From assembly GCA_965205505.1 (NCBI GenBank), contig CBDBHB010000009.1, forward strand, positions 544,001 through 608,000: a stretch of 64,000 nucleotides of DNA. Direction: 5' to 3'. Shown here in pieces: positions 38,484-48,860 of this stretch. The position numbers and the translations under genes were made by a program. Under the pieces are notes generated by a model. It ran no database searches. It saw only the letters and a program-made list of their open reading frames with translations, and had not been told where the DNA came from. Origin of the DNA: Acidobacteriota bacterium (GTDB taxonomy: Bacteria > Acidobacteriota > UBA890 > WLXD01). The stretch's first letter is position 1. Every line of letters starts with the position of its first letter.

Positions 38484-39502
38484 GGCATCGTACATTGTTA
38501 CCGCGGCGTCGACGCTCGATGCTATTGGCGGGCAGCGGGGCGGCGTTGGCGATCGCCTTGTTGCTCGCCCCGACGGTGGGTTCCACGTCGGTGAGCCTGC
38601 AGCGCGTGTGGGCCGATCCGTTCAGCTGGGCCGACAACCCCGATGCGGCGGTGTTCTTCGTGGCACGACTGCCACGAGTACTACTGGCGTGCATGGTTGG
38701 AGGAACGCTGGCTCTCGCCGGAGCAACGTTCCAGTCGCTACTACGCAACCCGCTTGCCAGCCCCTACACACTCGGTGTCACTGCCGGTGCGACGCTGGCC
38801 GCATTCTTGGCCATTCGCTTCTCTCCAGTGCCCGCGTTCGCGGAGTTTTCAGTGCCGCTGATGGCGTTGGCGGGCGCCCTGGTAACCACCGGGCTGCTGC
38901 TGTTGCTGACGTCGCGGCGCGGCGATCTGCCTCCAACCGTACTGTTGCTCGCCGGTGTGACGCTCAATTTCACGATCAGCGCCGGGGTCCTTTTATTGCA
39001 GTACTTCTCGGATCACGCCGAGACGGCGCGCATGATCCGGTACCTGATGGGAGATCTGGACGCTGCCACGTACCGCATGCTGCTGCTGCTGGCGGTGGTG
39101 AGCCTGCCGGGTTGGTTGGCGCTGCTACGCGCCGGTCGCACGCTGAACCTACTGAGCCTCGGTCCCGACGAGGCGCGTGCGCAGGGAGTCAACGCCTCGG
39201 CGGCGACGCGCAGCGGCTTGCTGTGGGCATCGTGGGTCACCGGCCTGGCGGTGGCAGTGGCGGGGCCGGTGGGTTTCGTCGGGATCCTCGTGCCGCACGC
39301 CGTACGGCTGCTCGGAGGGTACGACTATCGCATCGTGTTGCCGGCCTCGATGCTCGGCGGCGCTGCGTTCCTGATCGCGTGTGACACTGCCGCCCGCCTA
39401 CTCCTGGCGCCGGTGGAGCTGCCCGTGGGCATCCTCACTGCGTCCCTCGGTGGGCCCTTCTTTCTGATGCTGCTGCTGAGCCGGAGGATCCGCTATGCGT
39501 AG
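38480..39502 (+). CDS. btuC: cobalamin ABC transporter permease (FecCD family)
   Basis: RLPR, RNPLASP..LG, GFVGILVPH, ELPVG..T..LGGPFF. Confidence 0.88.
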   Translation: MRHRTLLPRRRRSMLLAGSGAALAIALLLAPTVGSTSVSLQRVWADPFSWADNPDAAVFFVARLPRVLLACMVGGTLALAGATFQSLLRNPLASPYTLGVTAGATLAAFLAIRFSPVPAFAEFSVPLMALAGALVTTGLLLLLTSRRGDLPPTVLLLAGVTLNFTISAGVLLLQYFSDHAETARMIRYLMGDLDAATYRMLLLLAVVSLPGWLALLRAGRTLNLLSLGPDEARAQGVNASAATRSGLLWASWVTGLAVAVAGPVGFVGILVPHAVRLLGGYDYRIVLPASMLGGAAFLIACDTAARLLLAPVELPVGILTASLGGPFFLMLLLSRRIRYA

Positions 39503-40349
39503 GGGCAGTGCCTTCCGGTGGTTGGGGCTGCTCGGTGTCATCCCGCCGCTGTTCGCAGCGTCTTTGGAGTTGCAGGGGCCAGCTCAGCGGATTGTCTCTT
39601 TGGTGCCGGGGGCCACCGAGGTACTGTTCGCGATCGGCGCCGGCGAGCGCGTCGCCGGCGTGAGCAGCTTCGACCACTGGCCTGCCGAGGTCGAGCGGCT
39701 TCCCCGCGTAGGGGGCCTGATCGACCCGGATCTGGAGGCGATTCTGACGCTGCGCCCCGATCTGGCGATCATCGATCCGTCGCAGGGCTCGCTGCGGCGT
39801 CAGCTGGCAGGGAGCGGCATCGCTACGTACGAATACGCCACCGCCGATGTGGCTGATCTGTTGCGCAACATGCGGGCGATTGGAGACTTGCTCGGCCTCT
39901 CAAACCGAGCAGCGCAGTCTGCAGACAGGCTGCGCGCCGACCTCGACGCTGTTCGCGCCCGCTACGCTTCCGACGATCCGCCGAGCGTCCTGATGGTCTT
40001 CGGCCGGCGCGATGGTAGCTTCGCCGAGCTGTGGGTAAACGGCGGCATCGGTTTTCTCGAGGAGCTCACCGCCATCGCCGGCGGGCGCAACGTCTTCGGC
40101 GATGTGGAGCGTCCAGGGTTCAAGGCAGGGCTCGAGGCGGTCATCGCGCGTGTTCCCGACGTCGTCGTGGAGCTTCGCACCGACGGACAGGATGCCGTGC
40201 CGACGGCGATGCTCGAGATGGAGTGGCGAACCTTGCCGGGGTTCGCGAACGTCCGGGTGGTGACGCTCGCCGCAGGCTGGATGCTGGTACCGGGTCCGCG
40301 CGTTGCCGAAGCCGCACAGGTGCTGGGCGAGCGGTTGCACCGGCGTTGA
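39495..40349 (+). CDS. btuF: cobalamin ABC transporter substrate-binding protein
   Basis: RIVSLVPGATEVLFAIG, PDLEAIL.L.PDL, PGPR. Confidence 0.85.
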   Translation: MRRGSAFRWLGLLGVIPPLFAASLELQGPAQRIVSLVPGATEVLFAIGAGERVAGVSSFDHWPAEVERLPRVGGLIDPDLEAILTLRPDLAIIDPSQGSLRRQLAGSGIATYEYATADVADLLRNMRAIGDLLGLSNRAAQSADRLRADLDAVRARYASDDPPSVLMVFGRRDGSFAELWVNGGIGFLEELTAIAGGRNVFGDVERPGFKAGLEAVIARVPDVVVELRTDGQDAVPTAMLEMEWRTLPGFANVRVVTLAAGWMLVPGPRVAEAAQVLGERLHRR

Positions 40350-40384
40350 CGGACGTCAGCCACCCGGCGCGAGCGGCGACTCGT

Positions 40385-41413
40385 CTACCGCGCCGCCGCA
40401 ATGCGCTGACGAGCCCTGCGTTCCGCCAGACGGGTCGTTGACTCACCGCTGGCAAGCGATTCCTGCAACAGCTCGCGCGTCGTGTCCGCGAGCCCCTCGA
40501 GCAACGCTTCCTGGTCGCTACGTCCGTGGAAATCGCAGACCCCCAAGATCACCGCCCCCGACGAGGAAACGACGTCTGGCACGAACAGGATCTCGCGCTC
40601 CTTGAACACCGCCTCCACCGCTGGCGCCGCGAGGATGTTGTTGGCGGCACCGCACACTGCCCAGGCGCGCAGCTCTCCTGCCGCCGCGCTTGTCAGCAGG
40701 CCGCCGTCGGCGCAGGGAGCGAGAAGATCGATGTCGGCTCGCAAGAGCTCAGCCGCCGGTACGACGGTTCCTCCCACGGCCTCGGCGGTTTTCTTTGCGG
40801 CGTGCTCGTCGAGGTCGGCGATCACCAGCCGCGCTCCGGCAGCAGCGAATACCCGCGCCACCGCGTCGCCGATGCTGCCGCACCCCTGAACGCCGATGCG
40901 CAGTCCCGTCAGACCGGGGCGTCCGGCGATCTCCACGCAGGCGCTTGCGCAGCCCACGACTCCTCGGGCAACCATGACCGCCATATCCGTCTCGTCGGTG
41001 CGTACCCAGCGGCTCCGCGAGGCCATGATCTCTAGGTCGGCGCGCGATGTACCGAGGTCGCCGGCGGTCATGAACCTGCCGCCCATGTCCTCAACCCGCT
41101 GGCCCAGTATCGAGAAAGCCGCTGCTCGATCGAGCTCGGGGCGGTCCATCACCACCATCTTGGCGCCGCCGGCGTCGACCCCCGCGAGGGCGCATTTCAG
41201 GGTCATGGCGCGCGCCAGGCGTCGGGCATCGCCGGCCGCGTCCGCTGCCGATTCGTAGCTCCAGGTTCGTGTGCCGCCGGCGGCCGGGCCGAGCGTCGTG
41301 TCGTCGATCACCAGAAAAGCGCGCAGCCCCGAGCTCGCGTCGGTAAAGATCGTCAGCTGTTGCGCTCCGGTGTCTTCGAGTTGTGACAGCAGCGATTCTA
41401 TTTCTGCGCTCAT
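40385..41413 (-). CDS. Glu/Leu/Phe/Val dehydrogenase
   Basis: LGPAAGGTR, MTLK, GGAK, QGCGSIG, GAANN. Confidence 0.9.
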   Translation of the reverse strand: MSAEIESLLSQLEDTGAQQLTIFTDASSGLRAFLVIDDTTLGPAAGGTRTWSYESAADAAGDARRLARAMTLKCALAGVDAGGAKMVVMDRPELDRAAAFSILGQRVEDMGGRFMTAGDLGTSRADLEIMASRSRWVRTDETDMAVMVARGVVGCASACVEIAGRPGLTGLRIGVQGCGSIGDAVARVFAAAGARLVIADLDEHAAKKTAEAVGGTVVPAAELLRADIDLLAPCADGGLLTSAAAGELRAWAVCGAANNILAAPAVEAVFKEREILFVPDVVSSSGAVILGVCDFHGRSDQEALLEGLADTTRELLQESLASGESTTRLAERRARQRIAAAR

Positions 41414-41535
41414 GGCCGATGCCCCCGGCGACCCCAAGACCCGAGCCTGCCCCACCCACATCGCTCCGCTGTATGCTACCGTGCGCCGTCGTTCGAGAGA
41501 GATTCCGATGTTCGCCGTGGACAGGAGGACGTGCC

Positions 41536-42639
41536 ATGAAGATGCGCGCCGCGCTGCTGCAAGAGTTCGGTAAGCCGCTGGAGATCCACGACGTCGACCT
41601 CGCCCCGCCAAAGGCTGGCGAGGCGCTGGTCAAGGTGCACGCCTGCGGCGTCTGCCACACCGACATGTACACCTGGAGCGGTGCCGACCCGAGCGGGTTT
41701 GTACCCACGGTGCTCGGTCACGAGGGCGCCGGGGTGGTCGAAGAAGTCGGTGAGGGGGTCACGTCGCTGAAGCGCGGCGATCACGTTGTGTGCCTGTTTT
41801 CGCCCGAGTGCGGTGAGTGCAGTCACTGCACCAGCGGCAAGACCAACATCTGCATGGCCATCCGCGACACGCAGGGGCAGGGTTACCTGCCCGATGGAAC
41901 GCCGCGTCTTTCTGTCGACGGCACGCCGATCCGGCATTTCATGGGCACGAGCACGTTCGCCGAGTACACGGTCATGCCCGAGATCGCCCTGGCGAAGGTC
42001 AATCCCGATGCGGCGCTCGACAAGATTTGCACGCTCGCCTGCGGTGCAACCACAGGTCTTGCGGCGGCGCTGTACAAGGCGGAGGTGGAGCCGGGATCGA
42101 CCTGCGCCGTCTTCGGCTGTGGCCTCGTCGGGCTAGGCGCCGTCGCGGGCTGCCAGCTGGCCGACGCTGGGCGCATCATTGCCGTGGACATGTCCGAGGA
42201 CCGGTTGGCATCGGCGCGCCACTATGGCGCCACCGATACGATGGTCGGCGGTCCCGAGACCGTCGACAAGATCGTCGAGATAACCGGGGGCATGGGCGCT
42301 GACTACACCTTCGAGGCCACCGGAAACGTCGGCGTGATGGCGCAGGCAGTCGAGGCGGCACGCATGGGTTGGGGTCTGTGCACGGTGCTGGGAGTGGCCG
42401 GCAAGGGCGAGACTCTGGATATCATTCCGCGGTTCCTCATCACTGGCCGTCGGGTGCAGGGCGGCAGCTTCGGAGGCGCCAAAGGGCGCACCCACGTGCC
42501 GAAGTTCGTCGACATGTACATGGAGGGAAAGCTCGACCTCGACGGCCTGGTGTCGCACCACCTGACGCTCGACGAGGTCATGAAGGGCTTCGACCTCATG
42601 GAGGAGCAGGACGGGATCCGCTCGGTCATCACGTTCTGA
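41536..42639 (+). CDS. class III-like Zn-dependent alcohol/formaldehyde dehydrogenase
   Basis: GVCHTD, GHEGAG, structural-Zn CxxCxxC..C, HFMGTSTF.EYTV. Confidence 0.9.
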   Translation: MKMRAALLQEFGKPLEIHDVDLAPPKAGEALVKVHACGVCHTDMYTWSGADPSGFVPTVLGHEGAGVVEEVGEGVTSLKRGDHVVCLFSPECGECSHCTSGKTNICMAIRDTQGQGYLPDGTPRLSVDGTPIRHFMGTSTFAEYTVMPEIALAKVNPDAALDKICTLACGATTGLAAALYKAEVEPGSTCAVFGCGLVGLGAVAGCQLADAGRIIAVDMSEDRLASARHYGATDTMVGGPETVDKIVEITGGMGADYTFEATGNVGVMAQAVEAARMGWGLCTVLGVAGKGETLDIIPRFLITGRRVQGGSFGGAKGRTHVPKFVDMYMEGKLDLDGLVSHHLTLDEVMKGFDLMEEQDGIRSVITF

Positions 42640-42695
42640 GCGCGGCGCCCAGACTGCGGACGCCGCCAGCGCAAGCAACCCGGTAGAGGAGAGAA

Positions 42696-43439
42696 ATGAT
42701 CATCCAGCGCAGCATGAGCGACGGCTACCTCTCGAACAGCTTCGTCGTTGCGGACAAGCCTGGTGGGCACGGGGTTCTCATTGACTCTGGTGGTCCGGTG
42801 GAACCGATTCTCGCGGCCATCGAAGACAACGACGTGACCATCACCCACCTACTGCTTACCCACCACCACGTCGATCACGTGATCAACAACTCGGTGTACG
42901 TCGACCGCTTCGGCGTCGACATCTGGGGTCATCCGACGGAGCGTGAGTTCTGCGCTGACATCCAACACGATCTCAACGATGGCGACGAGATCGTCTCCGG
43001 TGACCTGCGAATACGCGCCCTGCTGACGCCCGGACATACGGTCGGCATGTTGGCACTAGTGGTCAACGACGAACTCGTCTTCACTGGTGACACCCTGTTC
43101 GAAGGAACGATCGGTGGCACGCTGGCTCCGGGTCACGCGACCTACGCCGACATCAAGCACTCCATCATGGAGGTGCTGATGAAGCTGCCGCCGGAGACTC
43201 GCGTATGTCCCGGGCATACCAACGACACCACGATCGGTGCGGAGTGGGAGAACAACGCGTTCATTCGCATCTGGCGTGGCCTGGACCCGGAGGGCTCGAC
43301 CCCCTGCACCGCGTTCGACAAGCCGGCCACGCTGGTGTTGCGCGCCCTCGACTACGACGGCGGCACGAAGTGTTGGGTGCGCTTCGACGAAGGCGACCAC
43401 GACGAGATCGTTCCCGGCTCGAAGGTGGTCGGCGACTGA
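42696..43439 (+). CDS. MBL-fold hydrolase (glyoxalase II-like)
   Basis: THHHVDH, TPGHT, FTGDTLF, PGH. Confidence 0.9.
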   Translation: MIIQRSMSDGYLSNSFVVADKPGGHGVLIDSGGPVEPILAAIEDNDVTITHLLLTHHHVDHVINNSVYVDRFGVDIWGHPTEREFCADIQHDLNDGDEIVSGDLRIRALLTPGHTVGMLALVVNDELVFTGDTLFEGTIGGTLAPGHATYADIKHSIMEVLMKLPPETRVCPGHTNDTTIGAEWENNAFIRIWRGLDPEGSTPCTAFDKPATLVLRALDYDGGTKCWVRFDEGDHDEIVPGSKVVGD

Positions 43440-43452
43440 CGAACTACCTCCC

Positions 43453-44682
43453 ATGACCACCACGGCGGAGGTCAAGCAGCTCGTCGCCGAATATCCGGCC
43501 GACGCGCAGCGTGTCGTGTTCTTGTCGTCGCAGTTGTTTGCCAGCGACGAAGGCCTGGACGAGGTCGCCCGCGAGATGGTGGCTCTCGCCAATCGGGCCG
43601 GCGGACGGATCGTCGTCGGCGTGGATCGCGCGGGAGTATTCGAGACCACGCTAGCGGTCGATTTCACCACCATGACCACCGCGGTGACGGAGGTCGGCCG
43701 AGTCCGCGTCGTGCCATCGATCGCCGCCAACGTGGAGCTTCTTGTCGGAGGGGAGGGTGACCTGCTGGTCGTGAAGGTGCCGCGCCGGCCGGGCAACCCG
43801 CATGCCTGCGCCCGGGTCGGGGCGCGTGGCAACGTCGGTAGCCGGGCGTACTACGTTCGTCAGGGTAATCGCACGCGTCGGGTCACCGATGCGCAGCTTG
43901 CCTGGATGTATCGTGTGGTCACCGACCCGGCGATTCGCGAGACCATGCAGCTGACGGTGCAGACGCGGCCCATGGTCCTGGAGATCAACCGGGCGATCCC
44001 GCAGCCTCGGGCCACCGATTTGTTCGCGCGTCTGCTACGAGGTTTGGACGAAGCCTCGGCACAGGTGCTGAGCTCCGACGCAGATGTGCGGTTGGGCGCG
44101 CTCGTCGAACTGGCGCCGTGGGCGTTCTTGGCCGAGATCGACACCATGCTCGGCGAACCTGAGGTCGACCTCGAGGTCGAGGAGTTTTCGATCGACGATC
44201 TGCCGGTGCCCGGGCATTCCTCGAGGTTCATCGATGCTCCGGGAGGACTACGTGGAGTGCTCGGTGGTAGGACCGGCGGCAGGTTGTCACGCCTCCTACG
44301 CCGCCCCAAGTCCGCGACCCTCCTGCTACCTGCCGGCGCGGACGTACTAGTCGACCGCCTGGCTCGGCAGGGAAAAACGCGTGTGATGATCAACCATAGT
44401 TCGTTCACCATCACGTTCTCCGCCCTGCCTGGTGGTGCCGGCGCGGGGCTCGGCTGGCCCGAGTTCGAGGGGGCGCGCTCCAGCCAGACCGTCTGGTCCC
44501 GCCTGCGCCTGGTGTTCAACTGCTCGCTGCCGTTTCCCGACCAGGACACAGGTGCGGACCGTGCTGCGGAGCAATTCCTGGAAGCGCTGGTGGAGCGTTT
44601 GCGAACGCGCTGGGACGGTACCCGTTGGCTGCAGTCGATCTCGCCCGCTTTCCTGTCCGACTTCGCCGGCGAAGTGGGCTGA
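43453..44682 (+). CDS. protein with an N-terminal divergent Schlafen/AlbA_2 domain
   Basis: ALANRAGGRIVVGVD and YYVRQGNRTRRVT motifs; the C-terminal domain is unassigned. Confidence 0.65.
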   Translation: MTTTAEVKQLVAEYPADAQRVVFLSSQLFASDEGLDEVAREMVALANRAGGRIVVGVDRAGVFETTLAVDFTTMTTAVTEVGRVRVVPSIAANVELLVGGEGDLLVVKVPRRPGNPHACARVGARGNVGSRAYYVRQGNRTRRVTDAQLAWMYRVVTDPAIRETMQLTVQTRPMVLEINRAIPQPRATDLFARLLRGLDEASAQVLSSDADVRLGALVELAPWAFLAEIDTMLGEPEVDLEVEEFSIDDLPVPGHSSRFIDAPGGLRGVLGGRTGGRLSRLLRRPKSATLLLPAGADVLVDRLARQGKTRVMINHSSFTITFSALPGGAGAGLGWPEFEGARSSQTVWSRLRLVFNCSLPFPDQDTGADRAAEQFLEALVERLRTRWDGTRWLQSISPAFLSDFAGEVG

Positions 44683-44712
44683 TCTCGTGGTCGGTCAGTG
44701 GGCGGCCGACCG

Positions 44713-45354
44713 TTAACGGAGGAGTCGACTCAGAACCGGTTCCAAAACGGCCCAGACATTGTCCGCGACGATGCGGTGTCCCTCGGCGTTCGGGTGGATC
44801 CCGTCGGTGCGATTGTATTCAGGCTGACCGCCCACACCGTCGAGCAGAAACGGGATGAGCTCTGTAGCGTTGGCGGCCGCGAGTGCCGGGAACATCTGGC
44901 GAAACTCGTTGCCATAGCGTTGGCCCAAGTTGGTGGGGACCATCATGCCAGCGACGACGATCTCGATGTTCGGGTGGGCTTGGCGAGCCTTGTCGATAAT
45001 TGCCTGGAGATTGGCTCGGGTGCTCTCGACCGGGGTGCCGCGCAGCCCGTCGTTGGCGCCGAGCTCGAGCACGAGCACACGGACAGGGCTACGCAGCAGC
45101 CAATCAACAGCTCGCAAGCCGCCGGCGCTGGTCTCGCCGGGTACTCCAGCGCTGACCACGCGGAATGGCCAGCCACGTTCGTCGACACGTTCTTGGATCA
45201 GCGCCGGAAACGCCTCCTGCGGACTAAGCCCCATTCCCGCCGTCAGGCTGTCGCCGAGGAACAGGACGGTGTTCTCCTGCAACGCCGTGCCGTCGTAGGC
45301 CCACAGCAGGATCGCCAGTGCAGCGGCGAGACCAACGAAACGCTTGGGCGACAC
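44713..45354 (-). CDS. tesA: arylesterase/thioesterase I (SGNH)
   Basis: GDSLTAG, LGANDGLRG, DGIHPN; divergent from ybbA-ybbP. Confidence 0.88.
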   Translation of the reverse strand: MSPKRFVGLAAALAILLWAYDGTALQENTVLFLGDSLTAGMGLSPQEAFPALIQERVDERGWPFRVVSAGVPGETSAGGLRAVDWLLRSPVRVLVLELGANDGLRGTPVESTRANLQAIIDKARQAHPNIEIVVAGMMVPTNLGQRYGNEFRQMFPALAAANATELIPFLLDGVGGQPEYNRTDGIHPNAEGHRIVADNVWAVLEPVLSRLLR

Positions 45355-45522
45355 GGCGCGACTCTCCAGCGGTGCAGGTACTGACGCTGTCCATTGTAGA
45401 TACTAGGCCACTATCGCCCTCCTCGCCGCGCCTTGATCTCACCCGCAAATCCCATCTGCGATATGCAACGATCATCTGTTACAAGCCACTAGAGATCCGC
45501 TCTCGCCGCCCCGGTACTGGTC

Positions 45523-46233
45523 ATGCCCGCAGCCCCGATACTGGAAGCTCGTCGCCTTACCAAGACTTTCACCGCATCCCACGGCAAGCTCACCGTGCTG
45601 CGCGACGTCGACTTCGCCATCGCTGCCGGGTCGACGTGTGCCGTAGTCGGGCCGTCGGGAAGCGGCAAGACGACGTTGCTGGGGCTATGCGCCGGACTCG
45701 ATCGTCCGACCTCCGGGGAGGTGTTGGTTGACGGTGAGCCGTTGAGCGGGTTCGACGAGGACGAGTTGTCGGCCCTGCGCAACCGCAAGGTCGGTTTTGT
45801 GTTCCAGAACTTCCAGCTGTTGGACACCCTGACAGCGCTCGAAAACGTCATGGTGCCGCTGGAGTTGCGCGGCGACGCCAATGCCGCGTCGCGTGCCAGA
45901 GAGCTTCTGGACCAGGTCGGGCTCGATGACCGGCTCGATCACTACCCCGTCCAGCTTTCAGGCGGTGAGCAGCAGTGCGTGTCGCTGGCGCGCGCCTTCA
46001 TGAACGAGCCGTCGCTGCTGTTCGCCGACGAGCCCACCGGGAACCTCGACGGCGAGACCGGCAATCGCGTGCAGGATCTGCTCTTCGACTTGAACGCCGC
46101 GCGCGGCACCGCGCTGATCGTAGTGACCCACGACGAGGAGCTGGCGCGACGTACCGAGCGCATCATTCGATTGCGCAACGGGGCGGTCGTTGCCGATGAA
46201 AAGACCGCGACTGCCGGAGCATCGGTAGCGTGA
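45523..46233 (+). CDS. ybbA: ABC ATP-binding protein
   Basis: GPSGSGKTT, LSGGEQQ, ADEPTGNLD; tesA-ybbAP gene context. Confidence 0.85.
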   Translation: MPAAPILEARRLTKTFTASHGKLTVLRDVDFAIAAGSTCAVVGPSGSGKTTLLGLCAGLDRPTSGEVLVDGEPLSGFDEDELSALRNRKVGFVFQNFQLLDTLTALENVMVPLELRGDANAASRARELLDQVGLDDRLDHYPVQLSGGEQQCVSLARAFMNEPSLLFADEPTGNLDGETGNRVQDLLFDLNAARGTALIVVTHDEELARRTERIIRLRNGAVVADEKTATAGASVA

Positions 46234-48772
46234 CACGACGCACGCGATGGATCGCACGCCTGGCATGGCGCGATGCGCGGGCGACACCTCAGCGGTTGTT
46301 GCTGTTCGTGCTGACGATCGTCACCGGTGTCGCCTCCCTGGTGGCCGTGCGGTCGTTTGCCGACAACCTCGCCAGCTCCGTCGACGACGAGGCCAAGGTG
46401 CTACTCGGGGCTGATTTGGAGCTGTACGGCCGCGACCCATTCGGGCTCGAGGCGGAAGCGCTCGTAGCCAGAATTGGTGGCGATCAGGCGCGCCAGGTAG
46501 CACTCGCATCAATGGCTTACTTTCCAGGAAGCGGTGCCTCTCGGCTGGTTCGGGTCCGCGCTGTCGATAGTGGCTATCCTTTCTATGGCGCGCTCGAGAC
46601 GGAGCCGGCGGCGGCGGCACGCGACTTCCGCTCCGATCAGTCTGCGTTGGTCGATCACACACTCATGCTGCAGTTCGGCGTTGAAGTTGGCGATCCGATC
46701 CGCATCGGCGAGGTGACGTTCCGCGTGGCGGGGCGGCTCCTGCGGATCCCTGGTGAGGTGCCGACTGCCTCGCTGGTGGGCCCGCGGGTCTTCATCCCGC
46801 GACGATTTCTCGAAGAGACGCAACTCGTTCGCGGCGGTAGCCGCGCCACTTACAGCACCTTCTTCCGGCTCGATCGGACTACCGGCCAGGTCGCCGCCCT
46901 GGTCGGCGAGATCGGGCCGGAGCTTCGCGAGTTGCGGCTCGAGGTGGAGTCGGTACAGTACCGACGCGAGGCCATCGGCGAGGCGCTGGACAATCTCTAC
47001 TCCTTTCTTTACCTGGCCGGCTTCGCGGCGTTGCTGCTCGGGGGCATCGGAGTGGCCAGCGCAATCCATCTGCACGTCAAGAGCAAGGTGCGTGCGGTCG
47101 CCGTGCTGCGCTGTTTGGGGGCTCCTTCGGGCGGACCGTTGGCGGTGTTCGTGTTGCAGGCGGCGGGCTGGGGCTCGTCGGCGCCTTCGGCGGCACCGCT
47201 GCCGGGGTCGGTCTGCAGGCGCTGCTGCCGCGTGTGCTGGCGTCGCTTCTTCCGGTGCCGGTGCAATTTCGGCTGCACGTCGCGGCGCTCGCCGAGGGTC
47301 TCGTTGTCGGCGTTGTCGTGGCAATGTTGTTTGCGGCACTGCCGCTGCTCACCCTGCGGCGCGTGAGCCCGTTACTGGCGCTGAGGTTGTTTGCAGTCGA
47401 TGGTCCGAAGCCGGCTCGCGATCCAGCGCAATGGATCGGCGCGGCTGCCGTTGCCGCAGGTGTCTGCGCGGTGGCCGTGTCGCAAACTGGCAGCTGGCGC
47501 ATCGGGTTGGCTATCAGCAGGTCGTTGGCCGGCGTGCTCATGGCGCTGGCCCTCGTGGCGGCTCTCCTCAAGCTCGCAGCGCGACGCGTCCTACCGGTCT
47601 CGTGGCCTTATCCGTGGCGGCAGGGCGTAGCCAACATGTATCGCCCCAACAACCAGACCGTTGTGGTGATGCTGACGTTGGGGTTCGGAGTCTTCCTTGT
47701 CGCTACGCTCCACCTCACCCAGGTTGCGCTGTTGGAGTCGGTGGCGAGGCTCGACATGGGCGCAAATCCCAATTTGGTGCTGTTCGACATCCAGCCCGAT
47801 CAGATTGATGGTGTACGCAGCATTCTCGCCGACGAGGGACTCGAGGTGATTCAGGAAACGCCGGTGGTCCCGATGCGCCTGGCGTCGGTCAAAGGGCGCC
47901 CGGTCGCCGAGATCGACGAGTCAGAGATCAGGGCCTGGGTCTTGCGGCGCGAGTACAACTCGACCTACCGGTCAGAGATCACAACAACGGAAGAGATCGT
48001 CGCCGGTGAGTGGGTCGCGAGCGCGCCGCCGGAGCTGGGGATTGACGGCGGCCCAGTGCCGGTTTCGTTGGAAGAAGGAATTGCGGAGCGACTGAAGATC
48101 GAGGTTGGCGACCTCCTCGAGTTCGACGTTCAGGGGGTTGCAGTGATGGCGCGGGTAACTAGCCTGCGCATGGTGGATTGGGAACAGGTGAGGCCGAACT
48201 TCCTCGTGGTGTTTCCGACCGGCGTGCTGGAGCCGGCGCCGCAGCAGATCGTCGTGGTTTCACGGGCCTCGGGGCCGGAACAATCTGCGGCTGTCCAGCG
48301 TCGCATCGTGGAGCAGTACACGAACGTGGCGTTGATGGACCTCGGATTGATCCTGGCGACGATCGACGCGGTGCTAGCGCAGGTGAGCCTGGCGTTGCGC
48401 TTCATGGCGGGCCTCAGCGTCCTCAGCGGGCTGGTCGTACTCGTCGTGGCGGTGCTTTCGAGCCGCTACCAGCGACTGAGGGAGAGTGTGCTGTTGCGCA
48501 CGCTGGGTGCGTCACGATCGCAGATCTTGCGGATCCTCACCGTTGAGTACGTCACCCTGGGGCTGCTGGCCGCGCTGACCGGTCTAGTCCTGGCCCTGGG
48601 AGGAACGTGGGCGCTGTCGCGCTGGCTGTTCGAGGTGCCGTTCGAGCCCATTGTCCTGCCATTGCTCGTTCTTCTGGTCGTCGTGGTGTCTCTTACGCTG
48701 GGCGTCGGTCTGCTGGGCAGCCGAGGTGCCACGCGGCGGCCTCCGCTCGAGGTCCTGCGTGCGGAGCTCTGA
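46230..48772 (+). CDS. ybbP: FtsX/YbbP-type ABC permease with one frameshift near 47165
   Basis: Two overlapping ORFs join if the GGG at 47165-47167 were GGGG; LLGADL, FDIQPDQ, VDW...PNF motifs. Confidence 0.82.
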
Positions 48773-48860
48773 GGGCGGGGTTTACGCCTGCCGCCGGAGG
48801 GCGCCACGCGTGGGTCAATCCGTCGTTTCTCGACATCCGCCCGCCACCGCAACTCGACGC

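Noticed and set aside
44713-48772. tesA-ybbA-ybbP as a novel system
   Set aside because: This divergent arrangement is already known from E. coli and other bacteria.
48773-48795. GGGCGGGGTTTACGCCTGCC REP-like hairpin
   Set aside because: Single short imperfect stem between convergent genes; cannot be told apart from a terminator or chance.
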